This document shows positions 36,923-45,524 of a stretch of DNA of 64,000 nucleotides, one piece after another. The stretch spans positions 8,994 to 72,993 of the IMG/VR virus record IMGVR_UViG_3300037458_001303. One strand, written 5' to 3'. The notes under the pieces are model-generated. The model saw nothing but the letters and a program-made list of their open reading frames with translations, made no database searches and was not told the DNA's origin. The stretch comes from a virus. Its lineage: Duplodnaviria; Caudoviricetes. Made by a program: the position numbers and the translations under genes. Numbering within the stretch: the first letter of the stretch is position 1; every line of letters starts with the position of its first letter.

Positions 36923-39139
36923 ATGATAAACGAACATGCTTGCGTCCCCACGATATCAGCGCAGGGGACTTTCTTCGCCACGCCCTGGACTTGGCTACCC
37001 GACCGCCAGGACATGGAGCAGTGCCGAAACAAGGACTACCGGCTGTCGACGTTCGAAACAGTTCCGCACTGCTTCTACTCCGGCTTCGTCGGCCGGGTCC
37101 CTTCGATGCGGGTCTCGAAAGAAAATCCCGCGATGGAAATGAGGAGCTTCATCGCCGACATTGATGCCAAACTCTCCTTCGAGGTGCTGATCCGGGCCAT
37201 AGAATCGATCCCCGAAACGCGACGGCCCCGGTTTCTGGAGTCGACCTTGTCTGACAAGTGGCGACTCGTGTTTCCATTGGAGCGGCCATTTAGCTGGGGC
37301 AGCCTCGACGACCCGTCGCGCTTGTGGGACGAGTTTCTGAAGCTACTTGCCGGAGAACTAAAGCTGACCGCCCTATTCGCTGAGTCACTCGATAAAAAAT
37401 CGATGACCACAACACAGGTTTGGTGGAATCACTGCAACTGGAGCAGCGCCGGCGACGCGTATTTCTTGCGGAAAGAACTGATCGACAAAATCGCTTGCGA
37501 CGCGTTCGACAAGGTATCGCGCCGGCACAAGGTGGCTCAGGGGCGGCTCTCGAACCTCGAAGCGGCGAAGGAAGAACTGGGCCGACGTTACCCTCGTTTC
37601 CTGCAGGAATGGGATCCCGAGAACTTCAAGATCGGTGCGCGGGGCTCCTCGTTCTGGATCACGGGATCCCAGTCTCCGCTCTCCGCCATCGTCAAGGAAG
37701 AGGGTATCTTCACGTTTGCGGATCACGCGGACCGGAGCTTCTACTCTTGGAAGGATCTCCTCGGGGAAGGCTATGTTGACAAAGACCACTCCGACCGCGA
37801 CTATAACATTAACCGGACCTACTATTTCAACGACACTGAGAACCGGTTCTACAAACTCAAGAACGGATCGGAATGGTTGACGCTCACGCCCGAAGCGGTC
37901 CGGCAGGAGTTGGTGCTTCTTGGTCTATCTCCGCGGGTGGAGCGGGACGGTGGCGACTTGGTCGCCGAGGTGGACCAGTGCATCATCCGGCTGCGGAACA
38001 TGAATCAGGTGTCCGGGAAGGGCCCGTTCATGTGGAACCCCGAGAGGATTATCCAGCCCAGAGGTTCCTCGAAGCGATACCTCAACTCGTTCTACGAAGT
38101 GAAGCCGATTCCTCCAACCGCGGAGCGGACGCCCTGGGGCCCCGAGGGAAAGTTTCCGACGATCTCATGGCTCGTGGATCATCTATTCGAGGGACAAGAT
38201 CGTGACATGTGGCTGAGCTACGCAAAGATCGCGTATATCCACTTTCTTGAACGCAAGAAGCAACTCAAGCAAGCGCTGATTGTCGCTGGCCCGCAGGGCA
38301 CTGGCAAGACGCTGCTGCAGACCGGCGTCCTGTCCGCGCTGCTTGGCGGCCATGGCCAGGGCAACGGCTATCTCACTATGGAAACCCGCTTCTGCGGAGA
38401 GATGTTCGACCACGCAGTAATCTGCGTCGATGACGGTGAGGGCGGCACCACCCAGGCCAAGCAACGCCAGATGACGGAGCGGCTCAAGACGCTCGTCTCC
38501 AAGTCCGGGGTTACCGTCGAAGAAAAGTTCAAGACTACATCCCGAGGCGAGTGGTTTGGTGTCATCACGATCTCGGTCAATACCGACGTCGGGTCGCTCC
38601 ACAACAGCATGCCCGATACGACCATGGCGATCGCCGACAAGTTGATCATTCTCCGCGTCCATTGTCCGGCGACGGACGACCGGGAAGGTCTCCTGGGGAT
38701 GAAGCAGCCCGAGTGGGAGAAGGTCATCGCCCAAGAGATCGCCTACTTTGCCGCATGGCTTTACCACACTTACCAGATCCCGGACTGGGCGATTAGCCGG
38801 GGGCGGTATGAGCTGGTCCCCTACCACAACGAAATGATCATGACGGAGCTGGAGCACATGAGCGAGTATTTCCTCGCGTCCCGCATCATGACCAAGGCGA
38901 TGCGCCTTTACTTCGGATCAGACCCCGAGGGAGTCAAGAAAGATACCTTCACTGGAGACCCCCTGGAAGTCTGGAGCTTGGTCGCACCCCTAATCCAGTC
39001 CAGCCGGGAAATGAACCAGCAGAGCTTCCTGAAACTGCTCATGAAGTTTGTGCAGAGCTCGCGTGTTCCGAATTCCTGGCTGCATTACGACCGCCTGAAG
39101 GGTAAGTGGACAGTCTACAAATCAAGGCTGCCGGCATGA
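36923..39139 (+). CDS. Primase-helicase (primase-like N-terminus, SF3/D5-like ATPase)
   Basis: FIADID...KWRLVFPL; GPQGTGKT; ICVDD; VEEKF; ISVN. Confidence 0.8.
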   Translation: MINEHACVPTISAQGTFFATPWTWLPDRQDMEQCRNKDYRLSTFETVPHCFYSGFVGRVPSMRVSKENPAMEMRSFIADIDAKLSFEVLIRAIESIPETRRPRFLESTLSDKWRLVFPLERPFSWGSLDDPSRLWDEFLKLLAGELKLTALFAESLDKKSMTTTQVWWNHCNWSSAGDAYFLRKELIDKIACDAFDKVSRRHKVAQGRLSNLEAAKEELGRRYPRFLQEWDPENFKIGARGSSFWITGSQSPLSAIVKEEGIFTFADHADRSFYSWKDLLGEGYVDKDHSDRDYNINRTYYFNDTENRFYKLKNGSEWLTLTPEAVRQELVLLGLSPRVERDGGDLVAEVDQCIIRLRNMNQVSGKGPFMWNPERIIQPRGSSKRYLNSFYEVKPIPPTAERTPWGPEGKFPTISWLVDHLFEGQDRDMWLSYAKIAYIHFLERKKQLKQALIVAGPQGTGKTLLQTGVLSALLGGHGQGNGYLTMETRFCGEMFDHAVICVDDGEGGTTQAKQRQMTERLKTLVSKSGVTVEEKFKTTSRGEWFGVITISVNTDVGSLHNSMPDTTMAIADKLIILRVHCPATDDREGLLGMKQPEWEKVIAQEIAYFAAWLYHTYQIPDWAISRGRYELVPYHNEMIMTELEHMSEYFLASRIMTKAMRLYFGSDPEGVKKDTFTGDPLEVWSLVAPLIQSSREMNQQSFLKLLMKFVQSSRVPNSWLHYDRLKGKWTVYKSRLPA

Positions 39140-40011
39140 ACGACCCTTTCCTTAGTCTCCCGCGGCCTAAGCCGTTGTCGCGGACGGCTGAGCGAGAGCT
39201 TTTCTCCAAGCTGCATCGGTGCCTGAAGCGCAACCGGGATCCGAGAGATATCATGACCGAGATCTACAACCAATACATTCACTGGGCGGCCTTCTTGGTA
39301 TCGCGCGGGTGCCGGTGGTCGGTCGACCGGAGAGAAGTGCTGTCGCTGGCTTGCGAGGTTCTCATGCGGACCGCCAACCAGTATGACCCAGAATCGGGTA
39401 TTCGTTTCTGTAGCTACGCCCGGCATCGCATCGAAGGCGTCGGCCGCACCCAGTTGGCTGCGAAGTCCTGGCACAACGCCACGCACTGTTCCCCAAGCGA
39501 TCAATGCCCGGACCCGGCGGACATCCAATACCGAAGCGCTATCAAGCAGCCCGACGAGGCGGTCGATGATTGCATCGATCAGGTCGATGCCAACCTCAGG
39601 GTCGAGCTCGTGCGACGATACCTCAAGGAAATTCCGCCCTTGACACGGCGGTTCATTCTCGCTTACTATTCGGGCGTCACGCTCAGAGAGCTTGGCAGAA
39701 AGCATAACTTGTCACATGAAAGAATCAGACAGCTCATCGGTGCCGCACTCAACCAGCTCCGGAAAATCATTCCGAATGAATCAGGGGTTCCTCAAGAAGG
39801 GCTGGGTAGTCGAACTGTTCCCGGAAGGACCCTGCGAGATCGTCCTGGTCAACGACTGCAGGGCGGCAGCGGTTCCGCTGGCCAGAAGGGAGGTCGTAAT
39901 CCAGCGGCCTCAGGGGGAATCCTCAGTCCGGTTTACCGCCGTCCGAAACGGCATCAACATCAGCCCGATGTCCGAGGTCAGGATACTGGCACGATCAAGG
40001 AGGGAGTATGA
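39136..40011 (+). CDS. Sigma70-family RNA polymerase sigma factor
   Basis: LSRTAERELF, YDPESGIRFCSYARHRIEG, TLRELGRKHNLSHERIRQL; low-complexity tail after about 39780. Confidence 0.8.
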   Translation: MNDPFLSLPRPKPLSRTAERELFSKLHRCLKRNRDPRDIMTEIYNQYIHWAAFLVSRGCRWSVDRREVLSLACEVLMRTANQYDPESGIRFCSYARHRIEGVGRTQLAAKSWHNATHCSPSDQCPDPADIQYRSAIKQPDEAVDDCIDQVDANLRVELVRRYLKEIPPLTRRFILAYYSGVTLRELGRKHNLSHERIRQLIGAALNQLRKIIPNESGVPQEGLGSRTVPGRTLRDRPGQRLQGGSGSAGQKGGRNPAASGGILSPVYRRPKRHQHQPDVRGQDTGTIKEGV

Positions 40012-40171
40012 TCGGGAGCATCGTGGGAGTGGATCTGGGGACCCGGACGGGGGTGGCGACATTGCCGCTGATGGCGGGGCAGTCGATCCGCGTGATGACG
40101 CTCGACCTGCTCGCCGAAAGAGAACGTCGACAGCTGACAAAAAGCAACCCGAACGCCCTGAGATTCTTTGA
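39776..40171 (+). CDS. Hypothetical protein overlapping the sigma tail and RuvC
   Basis: Protein-like N-terminal half (KKGWVVELFPEGPCEIVLVNDCRA). Confidence 0.4.
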   Translation: MNQGFLKKGWVVELFPEGPCEIVLVNDCRAAAVPLARREVVIQRPQGESSVRFTAVRNGINISPMSEVRILARSRREYDREHRGSGSGDPDGGGDIAADGGAVDPRDDARPARRKRTSTADKKQPERPEIL

Positions 40172-40550
40172 CCCACGAGTGGAGCGCCTATGGAAGCAGA
40201 TGACCGATATCATCTCGATGTTGCCCGAGCCCGTGTTCTTGGCCTTCGAGGACGTCAGATTCGCAAAGTCTTTGGCTCAGGCTCAACTGTGGAGTTCTCT
40301 GAGAGGAGCGCTGTGGTGCCTACCGATACATCCCAGCCGGTTCTTCTCAGTCCCGACATCCACGCTGAAAAGCTATGCCGGCGCCAAGGGTCCGTCGAAG
40401 GAGGCGATGGAGGCGGTGTTCCGGGCGAAGTTTCGCTGCCAGGGAACGGTTGACGACAACATGGTCGATGCGGCCTGGGTTCTGACCTGGGCTGCTGAGA
40501 CTAAACTCGGTCTAACCTTGATTGGAGGTAACTATGGGAAGACGACCTAA
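40008..40550 (+). CDS. ruvC: RuvC-like Holliday junction resolvase
   Basis: VGVDLGTRTG, AFEDV, TLKSYA, DNMVDA. Confidence 0.8.
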   Translation: MIGSIVGVDLGTRTGVATLPLMAGQSIRVMTLDLLAERERRQLTKSNPNALRFFDPRVERLWKQMTDIISMLPEPVFLAFEDVRFAKSLAQAQLWSSLRGALWCLPIHPSRFFSVPTSTLKSYAGAKGPSKEAMEAVFRAKFRCQGTVDDNMVDAAWVLTWAAETKLGLTLIGGNYGKTT

Positions 40551-41211
40551 CAACTCGGAAGGAAAGACCATCCTTCCGGGCATTGGAGACACGACGCACT
40601 ACCAGCTTACGACGTTGCTGTCGGCAGCTTCATCGATGATCCCCTTTGTCCTTGAAGGAGCGGTCCGCGTCGGTCCCGAGATGGAAAAGCCCGCCATGGA
40701 CGGCGGCGTGGCTATGGCTGCGGCGTCCAGCTGCATCCGTGTCTTCAGCCGCATCGACGAGATACTCGACGACCCTCGCCGGTGGTCGGTAGATGGGGTA
40801 ATCGCCAACCAGGAGGTCGTCTCCGAGGCCGTTAAGACTCAGAAGAAGCTTCTGGAGGCGCAGCTGGCCCACGTCCAGCGCCCCAGCACTCGGTTGTCGC
40901 CCAAGCTCGGACGGACGCCGGCAGGAACCTGGGTGGCTGTCCTGGAGACTCCGGATCCGTCCTTCGCTCCGATCTTTGGGACAGGCCAAGATCCTGAGTC
41001 AGCATTGGCTGATTTCGACCGGTCATTCAAGTCTATCATGGGGGTCATGGAGGCCGTCGCCCGGCAGCCGGAGCCCAAACAGTCTGCGGAGCCGGGGTCG
41101 TCTGACCCGGGTCCGCCGGATCCGATGGAGAGGCTCCATCGCACGGCAGACGAAACGCCCAAGAAAAATCGACGACCAAGAAAGGATGCTGGAAATGATT
41201 CAAAAGAATAA
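40534..41211 (+). CDS. Hypothetical protein with HicB-like C-terminal motif
   Basis: WVAVL...GTGQDPESALADF; GGAGG RBS. Confidence 0.55.
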   Translation: MGRRPNNSEGKTILPGIGDTTHYQLTTLLSAASSMIPFVLEGAVRVGPEMEKPAMDGGVAMAAASSCIRVFSRIDEILDDPRRWSVDGVIANQEVVSEAVKTQKKLLEAQLAHVQRPSTRLSPKLGRTPAGTWVAVLETPDPSFAPIFGTGQDPESALADFDRSFKSIMGVMEAVARQPEPKQSAEPGSSDPGPPDPMERLHRTADETPKKNRRPRKDAGNDSKE

Positions 41212-42454
41212 CGCCTGGACTGCCGAGGACATCGAGAAACTGAAGAAGCTCCGCGCCGACGGCGTGAGTATACGCGACGCTTGCATCCAGATGGGGCGAA
41301 GCTACAAGAGCGTTGAGAATGCCGCGATGCGTTACGGCATTCCTGCTGCTGAGGCACAAGCTGACGTGACCGCAGAAGACGACTACTGGAGAGACCGATA
41401 CAACGAGGTCAATCGAAAGTATGCTGCGTTGGTGAAAGAACGCACCGTGGTCGACGTGCTGGCCGAGTCGATCCGGGACATCGCGCCGCGTTCCTATGAG
41501 ACGCAGCCGAGCCGATACGTCCCGCCGAAGGAACCCGTCAGTCAGCCACAGCATGCGGTGCTACACATTTCGGACAGCCACGTCGGTCAGGTGGTAAGCG
41601 CTGACCAGACGCTCACGTTTGGATCTTACGATACGCGCATCTTCCTGGACCGTCTCGCCTATCTGGAGCGCGCTGTGACCTCGATCTGCACCCAGCACGT
41701 CAACACGGATCTGCCCGTTCTACACGTATGCTGGGGTGGTGACCTTCTCCACGGTGATCTGCAGCATGCCAACGAGGCGGGGCACGTCATGACGTTGTTC
41801 CACCAGTATTACGTCGCCGGGCACGCCTTCGCCCAGTTTATTCGAAACGTGAGCCAGCATTTCCGACAAACCATCTGCCACGGCGTCGTCGGCAACCACA
41901 CGAGGTGGTCCAACCAGAAGAAGATGCCAACCGTCAATCGGTTCTCGAACCTCGATATGTTCTGCATGACGCTCATGGAAGCGCTGACACGAGAGGTCGC
42001 CGGCGTGAAGTGGGACCTGACCACGCAGCCGTTTGCCGAGTTCGAGGTTCAAGGCTGGCTCCACAGGATGGCCCACGGGGACCACCTGAAAGGCGGCGAT
42101 CGAGCCCTGGGGATCCCAGCGCATGCGGTAGGACGCGAATTGTCGTCGACGGGTCAGCTCTACAGCAAGCATCGCAGGCGCCCCGTGAACTACTTCCTGC
42201 ACGGTCACCTGCACCGCCCGATGGAGCTTCCCCACGCCAACGGGGACGTCCTGGTGAACGGCGGCTGGCCGGGCGTCGACGAGTATGCGCTGACGAACAA
42301 CTTCAACCCGGTCGATCCGCAGCAGCGGCTGTATTTCGTTCACCCGCGTTTCGGGCGGACCGCCAACTACTATCTGAGTCTCCGTCACGCCGAGCCGGGC
42401 AGCGGGGCGAAGCATTACACACTTCCGGTGTTTGGAGGAAACAGCAATGAGTGA
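41195..42454 (+). CDS. HTH plus calcineurin-like metallophosphoesterase
   Basis: WTAEDIEKL HTH; SDSHVG, GGDLLHG, GNH, HGD, GHLH. Confidence 0.85.
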   Translation: MIQKNNAWTAEDIEKLKKLRADGVSIRDACIQMGRSYKSVENAAMRYGIPAAEAQADVTAEDDYWRDRYNEVNRKYAALVKERTVVDVLAESIRDIAPRSYETQPSRYVPPKEPVSQPQHAVLHISDSHVGQVVSADQTLTFGSYDTRIFLDRLAYLERAVTSICTQHVNTDLPVLHVCWGGDLLHGDLQHANEAGHVMTLFHQYYVAGHAFAQFIRNVSQHFRQTICHGVVGNHTRWSNQKKMPTVNRFSNLDMFCMTLMEALTREVAGVKWDLTTQPFAEFEVQGWLHRMAHGDHLKGGDRALGIPAHAVGRELSSTGQLYSKHRRRPVNYFLHGHLHRPMELPHANGDVLVNGGWPGVDEYALTNNFNPVDPQQRLYFVHPRFGRTANYYLSLRHAEPGSGAKHYTLPVFGGNSNE

Positions 42455-42644
42455 ACAGCAAAAAGTTCTCGATGTAATCGAAGCGGAAATCAATTCGCTT
42501 CCTGACGAGGCGCAGAACCGAATTCGCCGGGTCATCGCTTACCTCATGGGCCTTGTCGCCAGCGATCGGGCGGCGGTTACCATCGCCATCGCTTACGTTG
42601 GTGCCTGGGCCCTGGTGCAGCAGGAGAAAGAGGAGCGTCAATGA
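42447..42644 (+). CDS. Small hypothetical protein
   Basis: GGAGG RBS; coupled. Confidence 0.6.
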   Translation: MSEQQKVLDVIEAEINSLPDEAQNRIRRVIAYLMGLVASDRAAVTIAIAYVGAWALVQQEKEERQ

Positions 42645-42949
42645 AGTTTCGTTTCACGATCATCGCGCAAGTTGCCATCCCGGTAGACGACCCCAAGGCG
42701 TGGCCTGCGGAATCCGAATTAGCGGGACACGTTCTCAGGAGCAAGGGCATCCAAGGATCGTGGATCGAGATCTCGGATGTGGAGGAGGCCAACCAGAAGT
42801 GGGACGTTCTCCTGGGGGAGCACCGGTTTATCCAGCGCCGGCTTCAGGACCGGATCGAGGTCCTGGTCGTGCCTATGGAGGGCTGCGAAAAAAAAGTTGA
42901 AAATAATGTTGACCTGCCGCCGGAATCGGGTAAATTGTCCGGCGTATGA
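42641..42949 (+). CDS. Hypothetical protein
   Basis: GAGGAG RBS; ATGA overlaps. Confidence 0.6.
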   Translation: MKFRFTIIAQVAIPVDDPKAWPAESELAGHVLRSKGIQGSWIEISDVEEANQKWDVLLGEHRFIQRRLQDRIEVLVVPMEGCEKKVENNVDLPPESGKLSGV

Positions 42950-43719
42950 AGAAACTAAACTTAGTCCTCCACACCGGCGGGGCGCACGCCTCCCGTAACG
43001 AAATCTCGGCTGTCCGCACCCCGATGCCCGAAGGCCGATGGCACCCGCTGCCCCACATCGATCTGATCAATCAGGTCGAGCGCAGTCTCGCAGACCGAGG
43101 CATCCAGGTGGTCAATGAAGCGTTTGCCCTGGCCAAGGGCGGCAACCGTATGTTTGGAATGATGCAGCTGTCCGGGCAGAGCAACCCGGAAGATTACTCC
43201 TGGATTGCCGGGATCCGGAACAGTCACGATCAGAGCTTCCCCGTGGGGCTCGCGATCGGGTCAGGCGTGTTCGTTTGCGACAACCTCGCCTTCAGCGGCG
43301 AGATCGTCTTCAAGCGCCGCCACACCACCAACGTCCTGGAGGATCTGCCGGCGCTGACCACCACCGCGATCGCTGCCCTGGCGAACGGGTGGACCAGCCA
43401 GGATGTCCGGATGGAAGCCTACAAGTCCCAACAGCTCTCCCGGGCCGGCGCCGCGGAGCTGATCATCGACCTCGCGGAGAACGACGTCCTGAATACCCGG
43501 CAGGTGCTCCCGGCATTCAAGGAATGGGACTGCCCGCGCCACCCGGAGTTTGCCGCGCACTCGAACGTTTGGCGATTGTTCAATGCCGTCACCGAAGTCA
43601 TCAAGCCGCCGGTCGACAAGTCCGGGCTCCGGAAGGGGCATTACCTCTTCGAGCTGCCGGCGAAGACCGAGCGGCTTCACAGTCTGTGCGATGCCGCGTG
43701 TGACCTGATGGTCAACTGA
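42946..43719 (+). CDS. DUF932-family protein
   Basis: NSHDQS...G..VFVCDNLAFSG...RHT...NVWRLFNAVTE. Confidence 0.8.
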   Translation: MKKLNLVLHTGGAHASRNEISAVRTPMPEGRWHPLPHIDLINQVERSLADRGIQVVNEAFALAKGGNRMFGMMQLSGQSNPEDYSWIAGIRNSHDQSFPVGLAIGSGVFVCDNLAFSGEIVFKRRHTTNVLEDLPALTTTAIAALANGWTSQDVRMEAYKSQQLSRAGAAELIIDLAENDVLNTRQVLPAFKEWDCPRHPEFAAHSNVWRLFNAVTEVIKPPVDKSGLRKGHYLFELPAKTERLHSLCDAACDLMVN

Positions 43720-43729
43720 GACTGGTCAG

Positions 43730-43770
43730 CAAAAAGAAACCCGGTGCAGGGTAACCCGCACCGGGTTTCA
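43730..43770. terminator. Intrinsic terminator at the convergent junction
   Basis: 12-bp stem GAAACCCGGTGC (43736-47) / GCACCGGGTTTC (43758-69); flanking A-tract is the U-tract on the minus strand. Confidence 0.8.
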
Positions 43771-43784
43771 TGCTTTTGGGTGGG

Positions 43785-44021
43785 TCAGTAGCCGAGAGCT
43801 CTCAGGTCAGTAGCGACTGCCTGGAACAGATCCGCGACTTGCTCCAGATTCTCGAATCCGATGTTGCCGCGTTGCGCGCCGTTGATCTTCAGTTCAGCCT
43901 GAAGCGCCGTTCCCGTTTTTGTCAGCGTGAATTCATAAGCCGTTCCGCTGATGTCGTCCGTCGCGAGCCACTTACGAACTGTGGGCTCTTCCTGGTTCCA
44001 TGTGAGGTTTTCGCCTGCCAT
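43785..44021 (-). CDS. Hypothetical protein
   Basis: GGAGA RBS; last gene of the late strand. Confidence 0.6.
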   Translation of the reverse strand: MAGENLTWNQEEPTVRKWLATDDISGTAYEFTLTKTGTALQAELKINGAQRGNIGFENLEQVADLFQAVATDLRALGY

Positions 44022-44066
44022 TGTTTTCTCCGTCGTTGGGTTGTGGTTTGGGTTTTCCCGCCCTCC

Positions 44067-44849
44067 CTACGGAAGGCGGAAATTTATGAAGGTCTCCGCA
44101 TAGACCCGTTCCTCCGGTCGGATCGGGCGAGACCCATGTAATTCGGTATGCTCGCCCTGGAGGATACGTTCCGGGTGTCCAGGTGGCCAGCTACGTCCTA
44201 AACGACGGTTGTGCCAGTCTTCCCACCAGCCTGGATCGCTCTCGGAAGAGGTGACTCGCCCCGCTATCTCGGCCTCAAAGAGCTTCCGGGAGAAGAAAGC
44301 CTCGTCAATACCCCACCAGCCGTCGGCAATGTCCGGCCACATCACTTTCACTCCAGACCGTCGGACGGTTTCCAACGCGCGGTCCCAATCGCTAAACCCA
44401 AGGATCCGCTGAAACACCTCGGACGTGGCGACGAGATGCGTGGACGGGTAATAGTTGCAACCGAACACCTCGCCGTGGTCGTCATAGCATCGGCTTCCTG
44501 CGAACCCAACGAACAGGTCCGCACGGATGATAGAGGTTGCGTCTATGAATCGGCGGGAGAGCGGAACTTGGTCGAGACCGGAGGTCATCACGACTTCACC
44601 AGGATACTGGCACGCGCCCCACAGCAGAGCGATCGTGGGCACCCAGTTTCTTGGCGGCTTGGTCCCGATGCCGAGTGGGACCTGGACGTGGATGGCATCC
44701 ATTCCCGGCGGCTGGTTCAGAGGCTGGTCACCGCAGTAGACCACGGTGGACCGGATTCCCAGCCTAGCGTAGGCGCGCGCGTTGAGCGCAAGGTAATCCC
44801 CGAATTCGCCCGCGCCATCCCAACCAAAGATGACACGATCGATCCGCAT
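44067..44849 (-). CDS. Glycosyltransferase-like protein
   Basis: VVMTSGLDQVPLS, YYPSTHL, WGIDEAFFS, RLGR. Confidence 0.5.
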   Translation of the reverse strand: MRIDRVIFGWDGAGEFGDYLALNARAYARLGIRSTVVYCGDQPLNQPPGMDAIHVQVPLGIGTKPPRNWVPTIALLWGACQYPGEVVMTSGLDQVPLSRRFIDATSIIRADLFVGFAGSRCYDDHGEVFGCNYYPSTHLVATSEVFQRILGFSDWDRALETVRRSGVKVMWPDIADGWWGIDEAFFSRKLFEAEIAGRVTSSESDPGWWEDWHNRRLGRSWPPGHPERILQGEHTELHGSRPIRPEERVYAETFINFRLP

Positions 44850-45400
44850 CAGATCGCTTTGGCCTGGATGCCAGCCAGGACATTCGACGCTCCTGGTGGC
44901 GTCGGTGGCACTAGATTGCTGAGCCGGCCCTGCTGGGTCTTGTTGACCGTGGCGGCTGGTGCCTTGGGCATTCCTTGCGGGGTTGGCGGGACCATCCCAG
45001 CGGCGGGCGCCGCTACGGGGGTTTCACCGCCTTCCGAGGGCGCAGCTCCAGTCAGCTCACCGTATTCCGGAAAGATCTCCATGAGCTTCCCGGCGTTATC
45101 GGCGGCCACCACCTCGTCCTGGGAGATGACTACCGGGTTGAATAGGGCTACGGATTCGTCCTTCGCCCGGTAGAATTCCAGCCCCATCTTCTCGCGGATG
45201 AACTGGGCATGCTCGCCAACAGCATCCGCCTGGGCGTAGGTCTTCTCCCGCGGGACGATCACGCCAGGAATCTTCTGCTCCAGGACGAGCCTAACTGCCG
45301 GATCTTTCGCTACCGGATCCGGGATCTTCAGCTTACCGGCTGGAGCTTCCGCAGCCGGCATTCCGGCCGGCGGCGCCATCTGGACTTCATTCAGTGCCAT
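44849..45400 (-). CDS. Ala/Pro-rich virion-module protein
   Basis: Follows the large internal virion protein. Confidence 0.6.
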   Translation of the reverse strand: MALNEVQMAPPAGMPAAEAPAGKLKIPDPVAKDPAVRLVLEQKIPGVIVPREKTYAQADAVGEHAQFIREKMGLEFYRAKDESVALFNPVVISQDEVVAADNAGKLMEIFPEYGELTGAAPSEGGETPVAAPAAGMVPPTPQGMPKAPAATVNKTQQGRLSNLVPPTPPGASNVLAGIQAKAI

Positions 45401-45524
45401 CTTCGTTCTCCTCTTCGTCTTCCTCGCCGACGCCGAACAGTTCCTTCGCGCCTTCGACGAATAGTTTCATCTCTTCCTCGGTCAGCCCGAGGTCTTCCAA
45501 TGTGATGTCTCGATCCGTGATCAT
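45387..45524 (-). CDS. Small acidic protein (45 aa)
   Basis: MITDRDITLEDLGLTEEEMKLF...; ATGA overlap with the giant gene; missing from the ORF track. Confidence 0.5.
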   Translation of the reverse strand: MITDRDITLEDLGLTEEEMKLFVEGAKELFGVGEEDEEENEDGTE

